Shown here piece after piece: positions 19,966 through 30,094 of a stretch of DNA of 64,000 nucleotides. Both the position numbers and the translations under genes were made by a program. Source of the stretch: Patescibacteria group bacterium. GTDB lineage: Bacteria; Patescibacteriota; Patescibacteriia; UBA1558; UBA10009. The stretch is from NCBI GenBank assembly GCA_041662565.1, contig JBAZSE010000004.1, positions 7,398 to 71,397 of the forward strand. The letters are read 5' to 3'. The notes below the pieces were generated by a model, which saw only the letters and a list, made by a program, of their open reading frames with translations, was not told the origin of the DNA and made no database searches. Every line of letters begins with the position of its first letter. Within the stretch, counting starts at the first letter, position 1.

Positions 19966-22028
19966 TACTTAACAATTAAATTAATATTGCCCAAATTATC
20001 GGTTGTGGGAATTTTTATATTTTTCAGCAGTTTGCCTTTGGCATCATAATAAGAAAATTCTATGGCCAAAGAATTTTTGGCATTAGCTGGAATCACCCGA
20101 CTAACCAGCAATTGTGGGGTGTCCGATAAATTATGCGCACTTACGGTTATAGCATCCTGCGGCGAATAACCACTTAACGACCATTGAAAATTCAAATCGC
20201 CCGAAGGGGCAAAAACTTTAATCTTTTGCGATAATTTTTTTTGTGGTGAAACAATAATTTCGGCCCGCCTATCACCGTAAACATCAAATCCAACAACTTT
20301 TACTCCCCCGCTATAAGAAGGATCATAAGCCAAAAATTCCTTAAGCAGTTTGCCGCTGAAAGAAAAAATCCTGACCCATGGTTTTTGGCCTGGTCCGCTG
20401 CCTACAATAATTTCCGGTTCATTATCGCCACTAATATCGGCTAAAGCCAAATTTACTCCACCTGTAAAATTAGCATTAAAAGCTAAGAATTCTTTCTGCA
20501 AAGTTCCATCCGAACTAAAAATTTTAACTAGTGGCTTTGTTTTTCCTTGAGGAACGGTGATAATTTTCGCATCACCGTTAAAAATTGCCGCCGCTACATT
20601 AACTCCGCCGGAAAATTTTGAATCATAGGCAAACCAATGGCGATCCAGCGATCCATTGGCTTTAAAAATCCTAATATCCGGTCCACCACCCGGTCCAGGA
20701 GCTGTTATAATTTCCTTTAAGCCGTTGGCGTCCAAATCGGCCGTGGCCACCGAAACTCCACCTTTAAAGGCCTTATCGTAAGCTAAAAAATTGTGGCGCA
20801 AGATTCCATCGAAATCAAATAAACTGACTGCTGGTTTAAAACCAGGGCCAGACCCGACAATTAAGCGGCCACCTACATTACTTGCGGCTTGGGCCGCTAC
20901 AATGGCTTTTTCTAAATTTAAACGACCACTACCCAAAATACCACGATAAACGGGATTTATTGAATCAAGATTATCTGTATTATTGATGATCAATTGGTAT
21001 ATTTCCTTATTGTTCAAATCAGGCCTTAGAGATTTAATTAACGCCGCGGCTCCGGATACCTGGGGAGCAGCCAAAGATGTGCCCGACCACCAACCGCCAA
21101 AATATTTTTTAAATTCTGGCATAACCGGAGAAAAATAAAGAGTGCCGTAAAAATTTTCTCCAGGGGCTACCACATCCAAACACTGCGAACCAAAATTGGA
21201 AAAATTGGATTTTTTATCCTGATAATCAACCGAGCCAACGCCTAAAACAAAATTATCACCAACACTGGGGCCATCATGGCAAATAGGATATTGGGGATGA
21301 ATGCTCAAGTTTAAGCTAAAATCATCATCGCGATATTCGCTATTGGTTTCATTGCCGGCCGCGGCAACGATAATGGTGCCCGCCCGATAAGCCGTGGCAA
21401 TAATTTCACCTAGCTGTGGATCGTTAACCCCGCCCACCATGCTTAAATTGATTATTTGGACGCCATGGGCAATAGCATATTTAATGGCTTGGTAAACGTT
21501 GCGACTATCGCCTGCTCCCTGCCCGTCCATTACTCTTAAGGGCATAATTTTAATTTTCCAAGCAACCCCCGCCAAACCAAAATTATTATTGCCCATGGCT
21601 CCAATAACTCCGGCCACTACTGTGCCATGGTTAACCCCTAAAACAGTGTAATTGCCGTTAATTTTTGGCCGAGGATCGTTATTATTGGCGATAAAATCCC
21701 AGCCATAAACATCATCAATGTAGCCGTTTTGATCATTATCCAGGCCATCGCCAGGTACCTCGCCTTTATTTTGCCAAATATTTTGGTAAAGATCCGGGTG
21801 CTCGATATCCACACCACTATCAATTACCGCCACCACCACTTCGGGCGCCTCCTTAATAATATCCCAAGCAGTTAAAGCTTTTATTTGCGCCAAATAATAT
21901 TCATGTTTAAAATCGCGATCATCCGGATAAACTGCCTCTGCGCCGAATGCAGAAAACGAAAAACCAAACAAAACAAAAAATGCTAAAGTAAAAATAGCAA
22001 TTTTTTGCTGGATATGAAAACGAAACAT
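19965..22028 (-). CDS. Secreted subtilisin-like serine protease (S8) with a C-terminal array of about six FG-GAP/VCBS-like repeats
   Basis: Signal peptide; catalytic triad motifs VIDSGVD, HGTVVAGVIGA, GTSLAAPQVSGAAAL. Repeats of about 50 aa (F-x-A-Y/F-D-x-x-F-x-G-G-V-N/S-V-A) between DNA coordinates about 20170 and 20880. Confidence 0.75.
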   Translation of the reverse strand: MFRFHIQQKIAIFTLAFFVLFGFSFSAFGAEAVYPDDRDFKHEYYLAQIKALTAWDIIKEAPEVVVAVIDSGVDIEHPDLYQNIWQNKGEVPGDGLDNDQNGYIDDVYGWDFIANNNDPRPKINGNYTVLGVNHGTVVAGVIGAMGNNNFGLAGVAWKIKIMPLRVMDGQGAGDSRNVYQAIKYAIAHGVQIINLSMVGGVNDPQLGEIIATAYRAGTIIVAAAGNETNSEYRDDDFSLNLSIHPQYPICHDGPSVGDNFVLGVGSVDYQDKKSNFSNFGSQCLDVVAPGENFYGTLYFSPVMPEFKKYFGGWWSGTSLAAPQVSGAAALIKSLRPDLNNKEIYQLIINNTDNLDSINPVYRGILGSGRLNLEKAIVAAQAASNVGGRLIVGSGPGFKPAVSLFDFDGILRHNFLAYDKAFKGGVSVATADLDANGLKEIITAPGPGGGPDIRIFKANGSLDRHWFAYDSKFSGGVNVAAAIFNGDAKIITVPQGKTKPLVKIFSSDGTLQKEFLAFNANFTGGVNLALADISGDNEPEIIVGSGPGQKPWVRIFSFSGKLLKEFLAYDPSYSGGVKVVGFDVYGDRRAEIIVSPQKKLSQKIKVFAPSGDLNFQWSLSGYSPQDAITVSAHNLSDTPQLLVSRVIPANAKNSLAIEFSYYDAKGKLLKNIKIPTTDNLGNINLIVK

Positions 22029-22031
22029 AGA

Positions 22032-22718
22032 TTAGCTTGAAGTTTGGTCCATTAAGGCCTGAACTTCATTAAGGCGGTCTATAACCTGTGGCCTGCCACC
22101 CGAAGGCACTTTTTCCACCAAAACTTTTAGATATTCAATGGCTTCGGAATAATTCTTAATTTCCACCAAATAATCGGCAAAGGGCTGGAGCAATTGGTAA
22201 TCGTTGTTGGTATTTTTCAAGCCCTCCAGATAAACCTCACGTATTTTATCCGCTTTGTTGGTTAAAAAATCCTTGTACAGTTTGGTTAAATTAAAATAGG
22301 TAAAATAATATCCGGGGTTGGCTTTTTTAGCTTGTAAAAATGATTCTTCGGCTTTTTGGTAATCGCCAAGCTGAATGTAAGTATTACCGATATTTTGCCA
22401 AGGCGTGCTGTTGGTAGGAATTTTTTCCCAGGCACGGTGATAATAATCAATGGCTCGGGTAGCGTGCCCTAGTTGGTTTTCCAAATTTCCCAAATCCATG
22501 TACACATTGTAATCATTAGGAAAAAGCTTGAGCATTTCCAAATCTTTAGCGATTCTTTCGTTAATCTGCTGAGTAGTTGCTTCATCTATTAAAACAGGTA
22601 AAAATTGTTCAACCGGCTTTTTTAAGGATAAAATTACAGCACCGGCCAAAACCAGCAAAATTACGGCTGATAAACCGAATAATAAATATTTTTTAGGAAA
22701 AATTTTTAAGTAATTCAT
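22032..22718 (-). CDS. TPR-repeat protein with an N-terminal membrane anchor
   Basis: 228 aa, one N-terminal TM, three or more TPR-like units (YYHRAWEKIP, YQKAEESFLQAKKANP). Confidence 0.55.
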   Translation of the reverse strand: MNYLKIFPKKYLLFGLSAVILLVLAGAVILSLKKPVEQFLPVLIDEATTQQINERIAKDLEMLKLFPNDYNVYMDLGNLENQLGHATRAIDYYHRAWEKIPTNSTPWQNIGNTYIQLGDYQKAEESFLQAKKANPGYYFTYFNLTKLYKDFLTNKADKIREVYLEGLKNTNNDYQLLQPFADYLVEIKNYSEAIEYLKVLVEKVPSGGRPQVIDRLNEVQALMDQTSS

Positions 22719-22723
22719 AAAAT

Positions 22724-25033
22724 TTATTGATTAATGGTGGTAGTGCCGGCTTGTGTTTTATCCAGCTCGGCTTTTTCTTTTAATTGAGTGATAAATTGGT
22801 AAGCAGCGTAGGCCCGGCTGCTAAAAGCCGGAATGGCTTGGCTGGCATTTTGCAATGTTTCCAAAGCGCGGTCATATTGCTTATCCTTAACCAACAAATC
22901 AACATAAGTTTGCCAATCATTCAAATCGGTTGATTCCAAAGCTGTTAACTGGGAATAAAGATAAATTAATCTTCTTAAATCATTTTTACCGTCATAATAC
23001 ACAATCAGCTGCTTAACGGTATTTGGGTCAAAAAATCCAAAACCCTTATCAATCATTTGATCGGTTTGTTCATAATATTTTTCTTTATCACCCAAGCTTT
23101 GGTAAACCACAGCCAAGTAATAATAAGTTTCCGGCAACTGATCGGTTAATTTTAGGGCTTGTTGCAAATACTTCAACGCCTCCTGTGGCTGGCTACCGTA
23201 TAAATACAATTGAGCCAAAATCCAATACGATCTGACTTCGCCAGGGCGAAGCTCTTTGGCCTGCTCGGCTGCTGCCAGGCCCTTTTCCAAATATTTAACA
23301 TCCCTGGTTAGTTCGGTAGCCAAGGCGTAATTTTTGGCCTGCAAATAATGCAAAAACATATTTTTGGGATCAAGTTCTATTGCCCGCTTCATCCAAGAAA
23401 TGGCCTTATTAATATCGGAAATTTTTTGCTCCTGGGAAACATTTAGGTCATTTTTTCCTTGAATCATTTCGCCCAAAGAAGTGGAAAGCAAAATCGCCGG
23501 ATCGATTTTATATATACCTTTAGCGTAAGTTAAATCGTACCAATCCATTGATTTTGCGTATTCGCCGTATTTGCCGGAAATGTAGGCCTCATAAACATAA
23601 ATGTTTTCTCTGATCTGCTTTAAATCAACGCTAAAAAACAAAACCAGTAACAGAATAAAAGATATGCCAATGCCTGTTAACGGATTTACCGAAATGGCAA
23701 AAAATTTGCTTGGCTGGGATTTTTGATTAATATAAAAACTGCCCGAGAGAAAACACAAATATGCCAGCAAAAGATAAAAAACAATCAAATTATTCAACGA
23801 ATCAAAAACAGCTAGATTTTGAATAAAGTAGGCAAAAAACAATAACACGAAAACTATATAGTACAATTTGGGTATTTTTTGATGACGGTAAAGTTGGAGC
23901 AAAGAATAAAAGATTGCCCAATATAAGCCCAAGTAAGTTAACAAACCTAAAATGCCCATGGTAGAAGCCATATCCACCAAGGTGTTGTGGGCCCTATCAA
24001 ACCAAATTTCAGATCCGGAATATTGGTAAAAAATCGGCTCAAAATATTTATTAAAAACAATCTGATAATTTTCCGGTCCAACGCCCAGTATAAAATTATC
24101 CCTAAAGCCCATTAAACCCCATTTCCAGGAATGCAACCTGGTTTGCACGGTATTATCGGCAAAAGAATAGCTACTCAAGCGCCTTAGCCAATAATTATTC
24201 TTAACTACGGGCGCGTTTCTAAATGTTAAAGCCAATCCCACAAAAATAAACACTCCAAGAGAAAAAAATACCAAAAGTTTAACTCCCTTTTGCTCCCAGG
24301 CGCGTAATGTAAAAGTTAAAATTATAAACAAAACCAAGGCAAAAATAAAACCAAATTGAGCGCCCCTAGTGGCGGTTAACTGTAAAACAGTAAAATCAGC
24401 CAGTAATATTAGTAAATAACCAATTCGGCTGGGCAAAGATATTTTTTCCACTAAAAACAACAAAGCAATAAAAACATGCACCAACATGTAACTAGCCAAA
24501 AATGAGGCATTACCCATGGTGCCGTTAACCCTGGTTAAACCGCTTTCAAATGTTCCGCCCAAACCCAAACGTTGAAAAATAGCGTAAATGCTAATGCCTA
24601 AACTGACAATTAAAGAAAAATTTAACAGCCAGCGCCAATATTTTGGCTGATTGCAAACACCTACCAACGCAATAAACCAGGCAAAATAATGCAAATAATT
24701 AAAGGTGCCAAAATTACGTTCCCAGTTGCCCCACCAGCTGCGGTAGACGCTTAAAGAAGTAAATGTGGTAATTAGCATTGCCCCGGCAAAAGCCATAACC
24801 GACCAAAAAAGCAAAGTTTTTTTAGGACGATACTCGGCTTTCCAAAGCGCCAAAGGCACATAGGCAGCAAAAATTATCTGGACCAATATTTTAAGAATAT
24901 TGGTTTTTTGGATGATATTAGGAAAATATGAATACGGCACAATAACTACCGGAATTAAAACAACCAGAAAACTGCCAAAAATGACAATGTGTTTTAAAAT
25001 CTTTTCAATAAGTGATGATGTTTTTTGATCCAT
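22724..25033 (-). CDS. O-antigen ligase/polymerase-like (Wzy_C) polytopic membrane domain fused to a C-terminal TPR array
   Basis: 769 aa: about 12 TM helices in the first 450 aa, then soluble TPR repeats. Confidence 0.55.
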   Translation of the reverse strand: MDQKTSSLIEKILKHIVIFGSFLVVLIPVVIVPYSYFPNIIQKTNILKILVQIIFAAYVPLALWKAEYRPKKTLLFWSVMAFAGAMLITTFTSLSVYRSWWGNWERNFGTFNYLHYFAWFIALVGVCNQPKYWRWLLNFSLIVSLGISIYAIFQRLGLGGTFESGLTRVNGTMGNASFLASYMLVHVFIALLFLVEKISLPSRIGYLLILLADFTVLQLTATRGAQFGFIFALVLFIILTFTLRAWEQKGVKLLVFFSLGVFIFVGLALTFRNAPVVKNNYWLRRLSSYSFADNTVQTRLHSWKWGLMGFRDNFILGVGPENYQIVFNKYFEPIFYQYSGSEIWFDRAHNTLVDMASTMGILGLLTYLGLYWAIFYSLLQLYRHQKIPKLYYIVFVLLFFAYFIQNLAVFDSLNNLIVFYLLLAYLCFLSGSFYINQKSQPSKFFAISVNPLTGIGISFILLLVLFFSVDLKQIRENIYVYEAYISGKYGEYAKSMDWYDLTYAKGIYKIDPAILLSTSLGEMIQGKNDLNVSQEQKISDINKAISWMKRAIELDPKNMFLHYLQAKNYALATELTRDVKYLEKGLAAAEQAKELRPGEVRSYWILAQLYLYGSQPQEALKYLQQALKLTDQLPETYYYLAVVYQSLGDKEKYYEQTDQMIDKGFGFFDPNTVKQLIVYYDGKNDLRRLIYLYSQLTALESTDLNDWQTYVDLLVKDKQYDRALETLQNASQAIPAFSSRAYAAYQFITQLKEKAELDKTQAGTTTINQ

Positions 25034-25150
25034 ATTAGTTCAAAAAATTAGAAGTAATTTGCATAAATTATATAATATTTGTTAAAAATTAACAAGGGTT
25101 ATAAAACAGGCGCAAATTTTAAACTAGCCCCAAAAAAGCAAATACTTTAA

Positions 25151-26899
25151 TTAATTTTTAATGGAAGAAAACTGAAAAATTTCAAAATTTTCCGAAGAAT
25201 AAACGGTTTTTAAAAAATCATAACGATCCAGCTGCCAATGAGGATCTTTATTTTTGTCCCAAATCAAATAATCAACCTGGTATTTTTTTAAAACATCTCT
25301 AAAATCTGATTTTTTTACTTCATTAATCAAACTGCCAATTCTGACAATTTCGGTTTCAGGGATTCTTGGATAATCATGCGCAGGGATTAAAAATATTTTT
25401 CTTAATTTATTTTTGCTTTGCTCATGTGCCCAATAATTGATGTACCGCGTGCCCCAGATTGATCGCTCAAACTTTAACAAATCATTTTCGCTAATGGGAT
25501 TAAAATATTGATTAATGGCAAAACGCTCTTGAACTTCGGCATCGGACACAAAAAACAACGAACAGGTTTGGTTGTAAAAAACATTATTGGAAGTATAAAT
25601 GGGTATAAAAACACTTAAGTCGGTATTGGCATAAACCACTGTTTCTTTAGGAGCATTTTGTTTAAGCCAATTAAAAACAGAACTGTAATTTTGCCGATAA
25701 ATATCTATGGCTTCCGGTTTTGAAGTGGATTTTACAACAATAACTATGCGCGAGATTGACCAAACAGCCAAAACCAGCAATAAAATTATTTTTATGGTTG
25801 TAACCCAGATGGTTTTGGAAATTTTATCCAAAATAAACTTGGCTAAATAAGCGCAAGTAAAAACAAAAACAACAGCGCTTAAAGGCCAATAATGGCTGGA
25901 AAACTCCAAATTTTTGCCGGTAATAACGTGCTGATTAACAGCGATAATGCAAGCAACCACCGCACTGCCCAAAAAAACGCTTAAAGAATTTAAAGGTACG
26001 ATTTTCTTTTTTACGAAAAAAATTATAACACTTAAAATTAACAATCCCAAAATAACAATTTTAAAACCTGATGGGAAATGAGTTGCCAACATACCCAAAC
26101 GGGTCATGGAATCGGCGTAAAAATCCAGTTGGGCGCTTTGCCACATTTCCCAAAAATAACCGCTGCCGATAATAAGAGCGCCACTTAAAACCAATAGATA
26201 ATTTTTAATCTTAAAATCAAACAGCAACAGCTTGCCAAAGAACATAAAAACAACCAAAAAAATCACGTAATAAGTCCAGTAATAGGGATAGATATAAAAT
26301 AACAAACCCAAATTAATCACTGACCAAATAAGCCATGATTTTTTGGAAGTTTCCAAATAGTTCAGTAACAAGGCAAATAACGACAGCCAAAAAATAAAAT
26401 TAAAAGCCGGGCTGGGAACGCGAGTAAGCATTCTAAAAAATAGCACGCCCAGCAATAACAATGTTCCGGCCAGAGCTAGTTTTTTGGACTGCCCTAAGCG
26501 CCAAATAATCCAGTAAACCAGCAAAAAACTGATAATCGCCAGCAAAAATGCGTAAAATTGGTAGCCCTGATTTATTTCAATCCCCAAAATAGCCAAGGGC
26601 TTGGCCAATAAATAATCTGGCAGCCAAAATTGCATGGGCGGTCCGTTTTTATGTTCTAGCCAGCAAGGGTTGGCTAAAGTGGCATGGCCGTCAATCACAT
26701 CTTGGCCGCGCATTAAATAATATAAATCATCGTCTATCAAACTTTTAAAAACTCCCTTAAAATCAGACCCCGATTGATTAACAAAAATATAATGAGGCAA
26801 ATAAGCCAGCACCCCTAAAAGCAGAGCGATTAAAATAGCCAACCAGTGTTTTTTAACAACATTCAATAGACCGGATAATTTTGTTTGGGGATTAATCAT
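25151..26899 (-). CDS. Polytopic membrane protein (about 12 TM), unknown; possibly GT-C fold
   Basis: 582-aa hydrophobic ORF embedded between glycan genes. Confidence 0.4.
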   Translation of the reverse strand: MINPQTKLSGLLNVVKKHWLAILIALLLGVLAYLPHYIFVNQSGSDFKGVFKSLIDDDLYYLMRGQDVIDGHATLANPCWLEHKNGPPMQFWLPDYLLAKPLAILGIEINQGYQFYAFLLAIISFLLVYWIIWRLGQSKKLALAGTLLLLGVLFFRMLTRVPSPAFNFIFWLSLFALLLNYLETSKKSWLIWSVINLGLLFYIYPYYWTYYVIFLVVFMFFGKLLLFDFKIKNYLLVLSGALIIGSGYFWEMWQSAQLDFYADSMTRLGMLATHFPSGFKIVILGLLILSVIIFFVKKKIVPLNSLSVFLGSAVVACIIAVNQHVITGKNLEFSSHYWPLSAVVFVFTCAYLAKFILDKISKTIWVTTIKIILLLVLAVWSISRIVIVVKSTSKPEAIDIYRQNYSSVFNWLKQNAPKETVVYANTDLSVFIPIYTSNNVFYNQTCSLFFVSDAEVQERFAINQYFNPISENDLLKFERSIWGTRYINYWAHEQSKNKLRKIFLIPAHDYPRIPETEIVRIGSLINEVKKSDFRDVLKKYQVDYLIWDKNKDPHWQLDRYDFLKTVYSSENFEIFQFSSIKN

Positions 26900-26905
26900 G
26901 ATTGG

Positions 26906-27784
26906 TTATTTTTTTCTGGCTAAAACAAAAATATTATCCCGTAAATTTATGGGAATGGCTAATTTATTTAGCCAAGGCGCCTGGCACATTTTACCCAAAC
27001 GGTTCCAAATGGCCAGTTTTTGCCAGGCATATAAAGTTTTAAAAATATATTCCAAGGTAAAGCTTTTGCCGATTTTTGCCAAATAAACAATTTCAAACCC
27101 CTGGGCAGTTAAAAACTCAATCAGGTTTTTTTGGTTAAAATAATTTAAATGTTCGGGTGGGACAAATAAATGCCAAAAACGTCCTAAAATTTTGGCCAGC
27201 CAACTGCCAGCATCAGGCGTATTAATAGCTAAAATACCTCCATTATTAAGGATTTGCCAAACTTTGGCAATTTCTTGCACTGGCTGAATAAAATGCTCCA
27301 GTACATCAAACATGGTTATGGCCGAATAGGCATTTTGGCTTAAATTTGCTTTGCTTAAAGTTCCGGTTAAAATATCCAAACCCTTATTTCTGCCTAAAGT
27401 GGCAGCATAATCGGAAATCTCAATCCCGCTGGCCTGCCAGCCATCTTGCAAAGCCAAATCAACAAAAAAACCGGTCGCCGCACCAACATCCATTAGTTTC
27501 CCCCCATTTGGATTATGTTTTTTTAACAAGGCCAAATATTTTTTAAAGGTTGGCACCATGGGCAATTTATCCTGATCATAGTCAACATAACCATGGCCCA
27601 AAGATGCGGCAGAAAAATAATCAGCCGAATAAATTTTTTCGGCGCCCTCTCTGGGAAATACAAAAATCAAGGAGCAATTTTTACAGCGCCATAAATTATA
27701 GCCGTTTTTTTTAAAGGCAAAGGCAAAATTATTTTGCCCGCAAATAAAACAAGGATGAATTATTTTTTGAAAATCATTTTCCAT
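26906..27784 (-). CDS. Class I SAM-dependent methyltransferase with an N-terminal Cys4 zinc ribbon
   Basis: CFICGQ...CKNCS zinc ribbon; motif I LMDVGAATGFF. Confidence 0.6.
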   Translation of the reverse strand: MENDFQKIIHPCFICGQNNFAFAFKKNGYNLWRCKNCSLIFVFPREGAEKIYSADYFSAASLGHGYVDYDQDKLPMVPTFKKYLALLKKHNPNGGKLMDVGAATGFFVDLALQDGWQASGIEISDYAATLGRNKGLDILTGTLSKANLSQNAYSAITMFDVLEHFIQPVQEIAKVWQILNNGGILAINTPDAGSWLAKILGRFWHLFVPPEHLNYFNQKNLIEFLTAQGFEIVYLAKIGKSFTLEYIFKTLYAWQKLAIWNRLGKMCQAPWLNKLAIPINLRDNIFVLARKK

Positions 27785-28461
27785 GGCGCAATAATGCCTT
27801 CGCGAATTATATGATTGGATATTTTTGATTCTCCACCGGTCCGGTTTTGAAAAACAATCGGCAGTTCCTTAAAACTAAAGCCTTGCCTAATAAGAGCGTA
27901 TTTTAAACCAATGGTAAAAGCATAACCGGATAAATTAAGGGCGCTTAAATCGATTTTTTTCAAGCAATCGGCTTTAATTGCCAAAAATCCGCTGGTAACA
28001 TCATGAATAGGCGTGCTTAAAATCAATCGGCAATACAAATTCCCCCCGTAACTTAAGGCCTTGCGCCACATTTCCCAACCAATGGTTTTACCGCCTTTAA
28101 TATACCGAGAACCAATGGCCAAATCGTACTTTTGGCCTAATTCGATCAATTTTGGCAAATAACCCGGATTATGAGAAAAATCCGCGTCCATCATAATAAT
28201 GGTCGTAAATTTAGAATCTTTTAAAATTTCGTTAAAAGCGTAAATGTAAGCCCTGCCTAAGCCCTCTTTTTTTTCACGGTTTAAAAGATGCAAATTGGCA
28301 AATTTGCCCATCATATCTTTAACCAAACCGGCTGTTTGGTCGGGCGAATTATCATCAACCACAAAAACATCTACCCCCGGAACAGTTACCAAAATTTCCG
28401 AAAGCAAGCGGGAGATGTTTTCTTTTTCATTATAAGTAGGGACAACTACAGCTATGGCCAT
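27760..28461 (-). CDS. Polyprenyl-phosphate mannosyl/glycosyltransferase, GT2 (DPM1-like)
   Basis: MAIAVVVPTYNEKENI...VFVVDDNSPDQT...DADFSH. Confidence 0.7.
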   Translation of the reverse strand: MAIAVVVPTYNEKENISRLLSEILVTVPGVDVFVVDDNSPDQTAGLVKDMMGKFANLHLLNREKKEGLGRAYIYAFNEILKDSKFTTIIMMDADFSHNPGYLPKLIELGQKYDLAIGSRYIKGGKTIGWEMWRKALSYGGNLYCRLILSTPIHDVTSGFLAIKADCLKKIDLSALNLSGYAFTIGLKYALIRQGFSFKELPIVFQNRTGGESKISNHIIREGIIAPWKMIFKK

Positions 28462-28525
28462 ATTTTAAATTAAATATTGCTGATATTTTAACAAATTATC
28501 AGCCAAACGGCAATTGTTTTATCGC

Positions 28526-28554
28526 TTGCATTATCCCCGATTAATCAGTATAAT
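28526..28554 (+). promoter_or_regulatory. Sigma70-like promoter TTGCAT-17-TATAAT upstream of the phosphoglycosyltransferase, in a divergent intergenic region
   Basis: Hexamers seen directly; ATG 35 nt downstream of the -10. Confidence 0.4.
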
Positions 28555-28588
28555 TCAAAACAATCTATGATTATCAATCAAACAACAA

Positions 28589-29959
28589 ATGAAAAACTAT
28601 AATGGCTTAAAATTAAGGAAAATGCTGGTTTTTATCAGCACAATTGGCCTTTTTTATGCCAGTTTATGGCTGACTTTAATATTGCGTTACCAAGAAAATT
28701 ACAATAACCAAATTTGGCAAATGCATTTTTGGCCTTTTACATGGCTTTTTTTGATTTGGTTGGTTATTTTTTACGCCTTAAATTTATTTGACCCCATTGC
28801 CAACCAACACGGCGTAAGTTTTTTAAATATTTATCTTAAAACAGCCGCCATAAATTTGGGCTTGGGTTTTATTTATTTTTATGCCCTCTACAGCCGCGCG
28901 GAAATAAGGCCTAGAACCGTCTTGATTATTTTAATGGCCATTTTTACCGTGCTGTATTTTGTTTGGCGAAAATTGTTAAATAAATTAAGCCATAATGAAA
29001 AATTCTATCCCAACGTTTTGTTTGTTGGCTACGAACCGTTAATTAAAGAAATTTTGCCTAAAAATGATGAAGAACAACGCTTTGGCTATTTTTATAAAGG
29101 AATTGTTACAGACCAAATTGATCTGGGAAAATCGCTTAATTTAAAATCTTATAACTTTAATGAGCTTAATGAAGTAATTAAAAAAGATAAAATTTCCTTG
29201 CTGATTATTAATGAACCCAGCAATCAGGAAATCATCAATCTGCTTTTTAAAATTTTGCCATTAAGGGTAAACTTTATCAGCTTATCAAATTTTTACGAAA
29301 ATATTTGCCAACGGATACCTTTAACCATTATCAGCCGTGGCTGGTTTTTGGATAATTTTTCCGAAGGCCAAAAAACTATTTATGAAACAAGCAAGCGTTT
29401 GATTGATATTGTTTTATCACTGCTTGTTGGCTTGGTTTCCTTGCCTTTTACTCCTTTTATCGCTTTAGCCATTAAGCTTAACAGCAAGGGTCCGATAATA
29501 TTTAAACAAATTAGGGTTGGTAAAGACGGCCAAAATTTTGTCACCTTAAAATTTAGGACCATGTATCAAAACGCGGAAAAATCGGGGGCAATTTGGGCTA
29601 AAGAAAATGATCCCAGAATTACCACTGTCGGCTTATTTTTAAGAAAAACCCGTTTAGATGAAATTCCTCAATTAATTAATATTTTTACCGGTGAAATGAG
29701 TTTTGTAGGCCCGCGTCCGGAAAGGCCCGAATTTATTGAGCTGCTGGAAAAAGAAATCCCTTTTTATCGCGAACGCCTGCTGGTAAAACCCGGTTTAACC
29801 GGCTGGGCCCAGATAAATTTTCCTTATGCCGATTCGGTTGAATCAACCTTAAAAAAACTGCAATACGACCTATACTATGTTAAAAATCGCTCTATTTTTT
29901 TGGATTTAAGTATTATCTTAAAAACCTTAAACACCATTTTACAGCAAGTTGGCAGATAA
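28589..29959 (+). CDS. Initiating polyprenyl-phosphate hexose-1-phosphate transferase (WbaP/bacterial sugar transferase family)
   Basis: N-terminal TM helices plus C-terminal PF02397-type domain (KRLIDIVLSLLVGLVSLP...FKQIRVGKDGQNFVTLKFRTM...FVGPRPERPEF). Confidence 0.8.
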   Translation: MKNYNGLKLRKMLVFISTIGLFYASLWLTLILRYQENYNNQIWQMHFWPFTWLFLIWLVIFYALNLFDPIANQHGVSFLNIYLKTAAINLGLGFIYFYALYSRAEIRPRTVLIILMAIFTVLYFVWRKLLNKLSHNEKFYPNVLFVGYEPLIKEILPKNDEEQRFGYFYKGIVTDQIDLGKSLNLKSYNFNELNEVIKKDKISLLIINEPSNQEIINLLFKILPLRVNFISLSNFYENICQRIPLTIISRGWFLDNFSEGQKTIYETSKRLIDIVLSLLVGLVSLPFTPFIALAIKLNSKGPIIFKQIRVGKDGQNFVTLKFRTMYQNAEKSGAIWAKENDPRITTVGLFLRKTRLDEIPQLINIFTGEMSFVGPRPERPEFIELLEKEIPFYRERLLVKPGLTGWAQINFPYADSVESTLKKLQYDLYYVKNRSIFLDLSIILKTLNTILQQVGR

Positions 29960-30017
29960 AATTTAACTTAATTTAGCTGTGTATAAGTTAAATTTGGCAT
30001 AAAAAATTTCTTAAAAA

Positions 30018-30051
30018 ACCTCAATAAATTAACATATTTGAGGTTTTTTTG
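30018..30051. terminator. Hairpin (CCTCAA...TTGAGG) flanked by an A-tract 5' and a T7 tract 3'; bidirectional-terminator-like
   Basis: Seen directly; lies after a separate AT hairpin at 29961-29995. Confidence 0.4.
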
Positions 30052-30058
30052 ATACCTC

Positions 30059-30088
30059 TTGACACCTATTGACCTATTGGCATATAAT
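30059..30088 (+). promoter_or_regulatory. Consensus sigma70 promoter TTGACA-18-TATAAT ending 6 nt before the ATG of the HTH gene, implying a leaderless transcript
   Basis: Perfect -35 and -10 hexamers seen directly. No room for a Shine-Dalgarno sequence. Confidence 0.5.
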
Positions 30089-30094
30089 TGTCCT

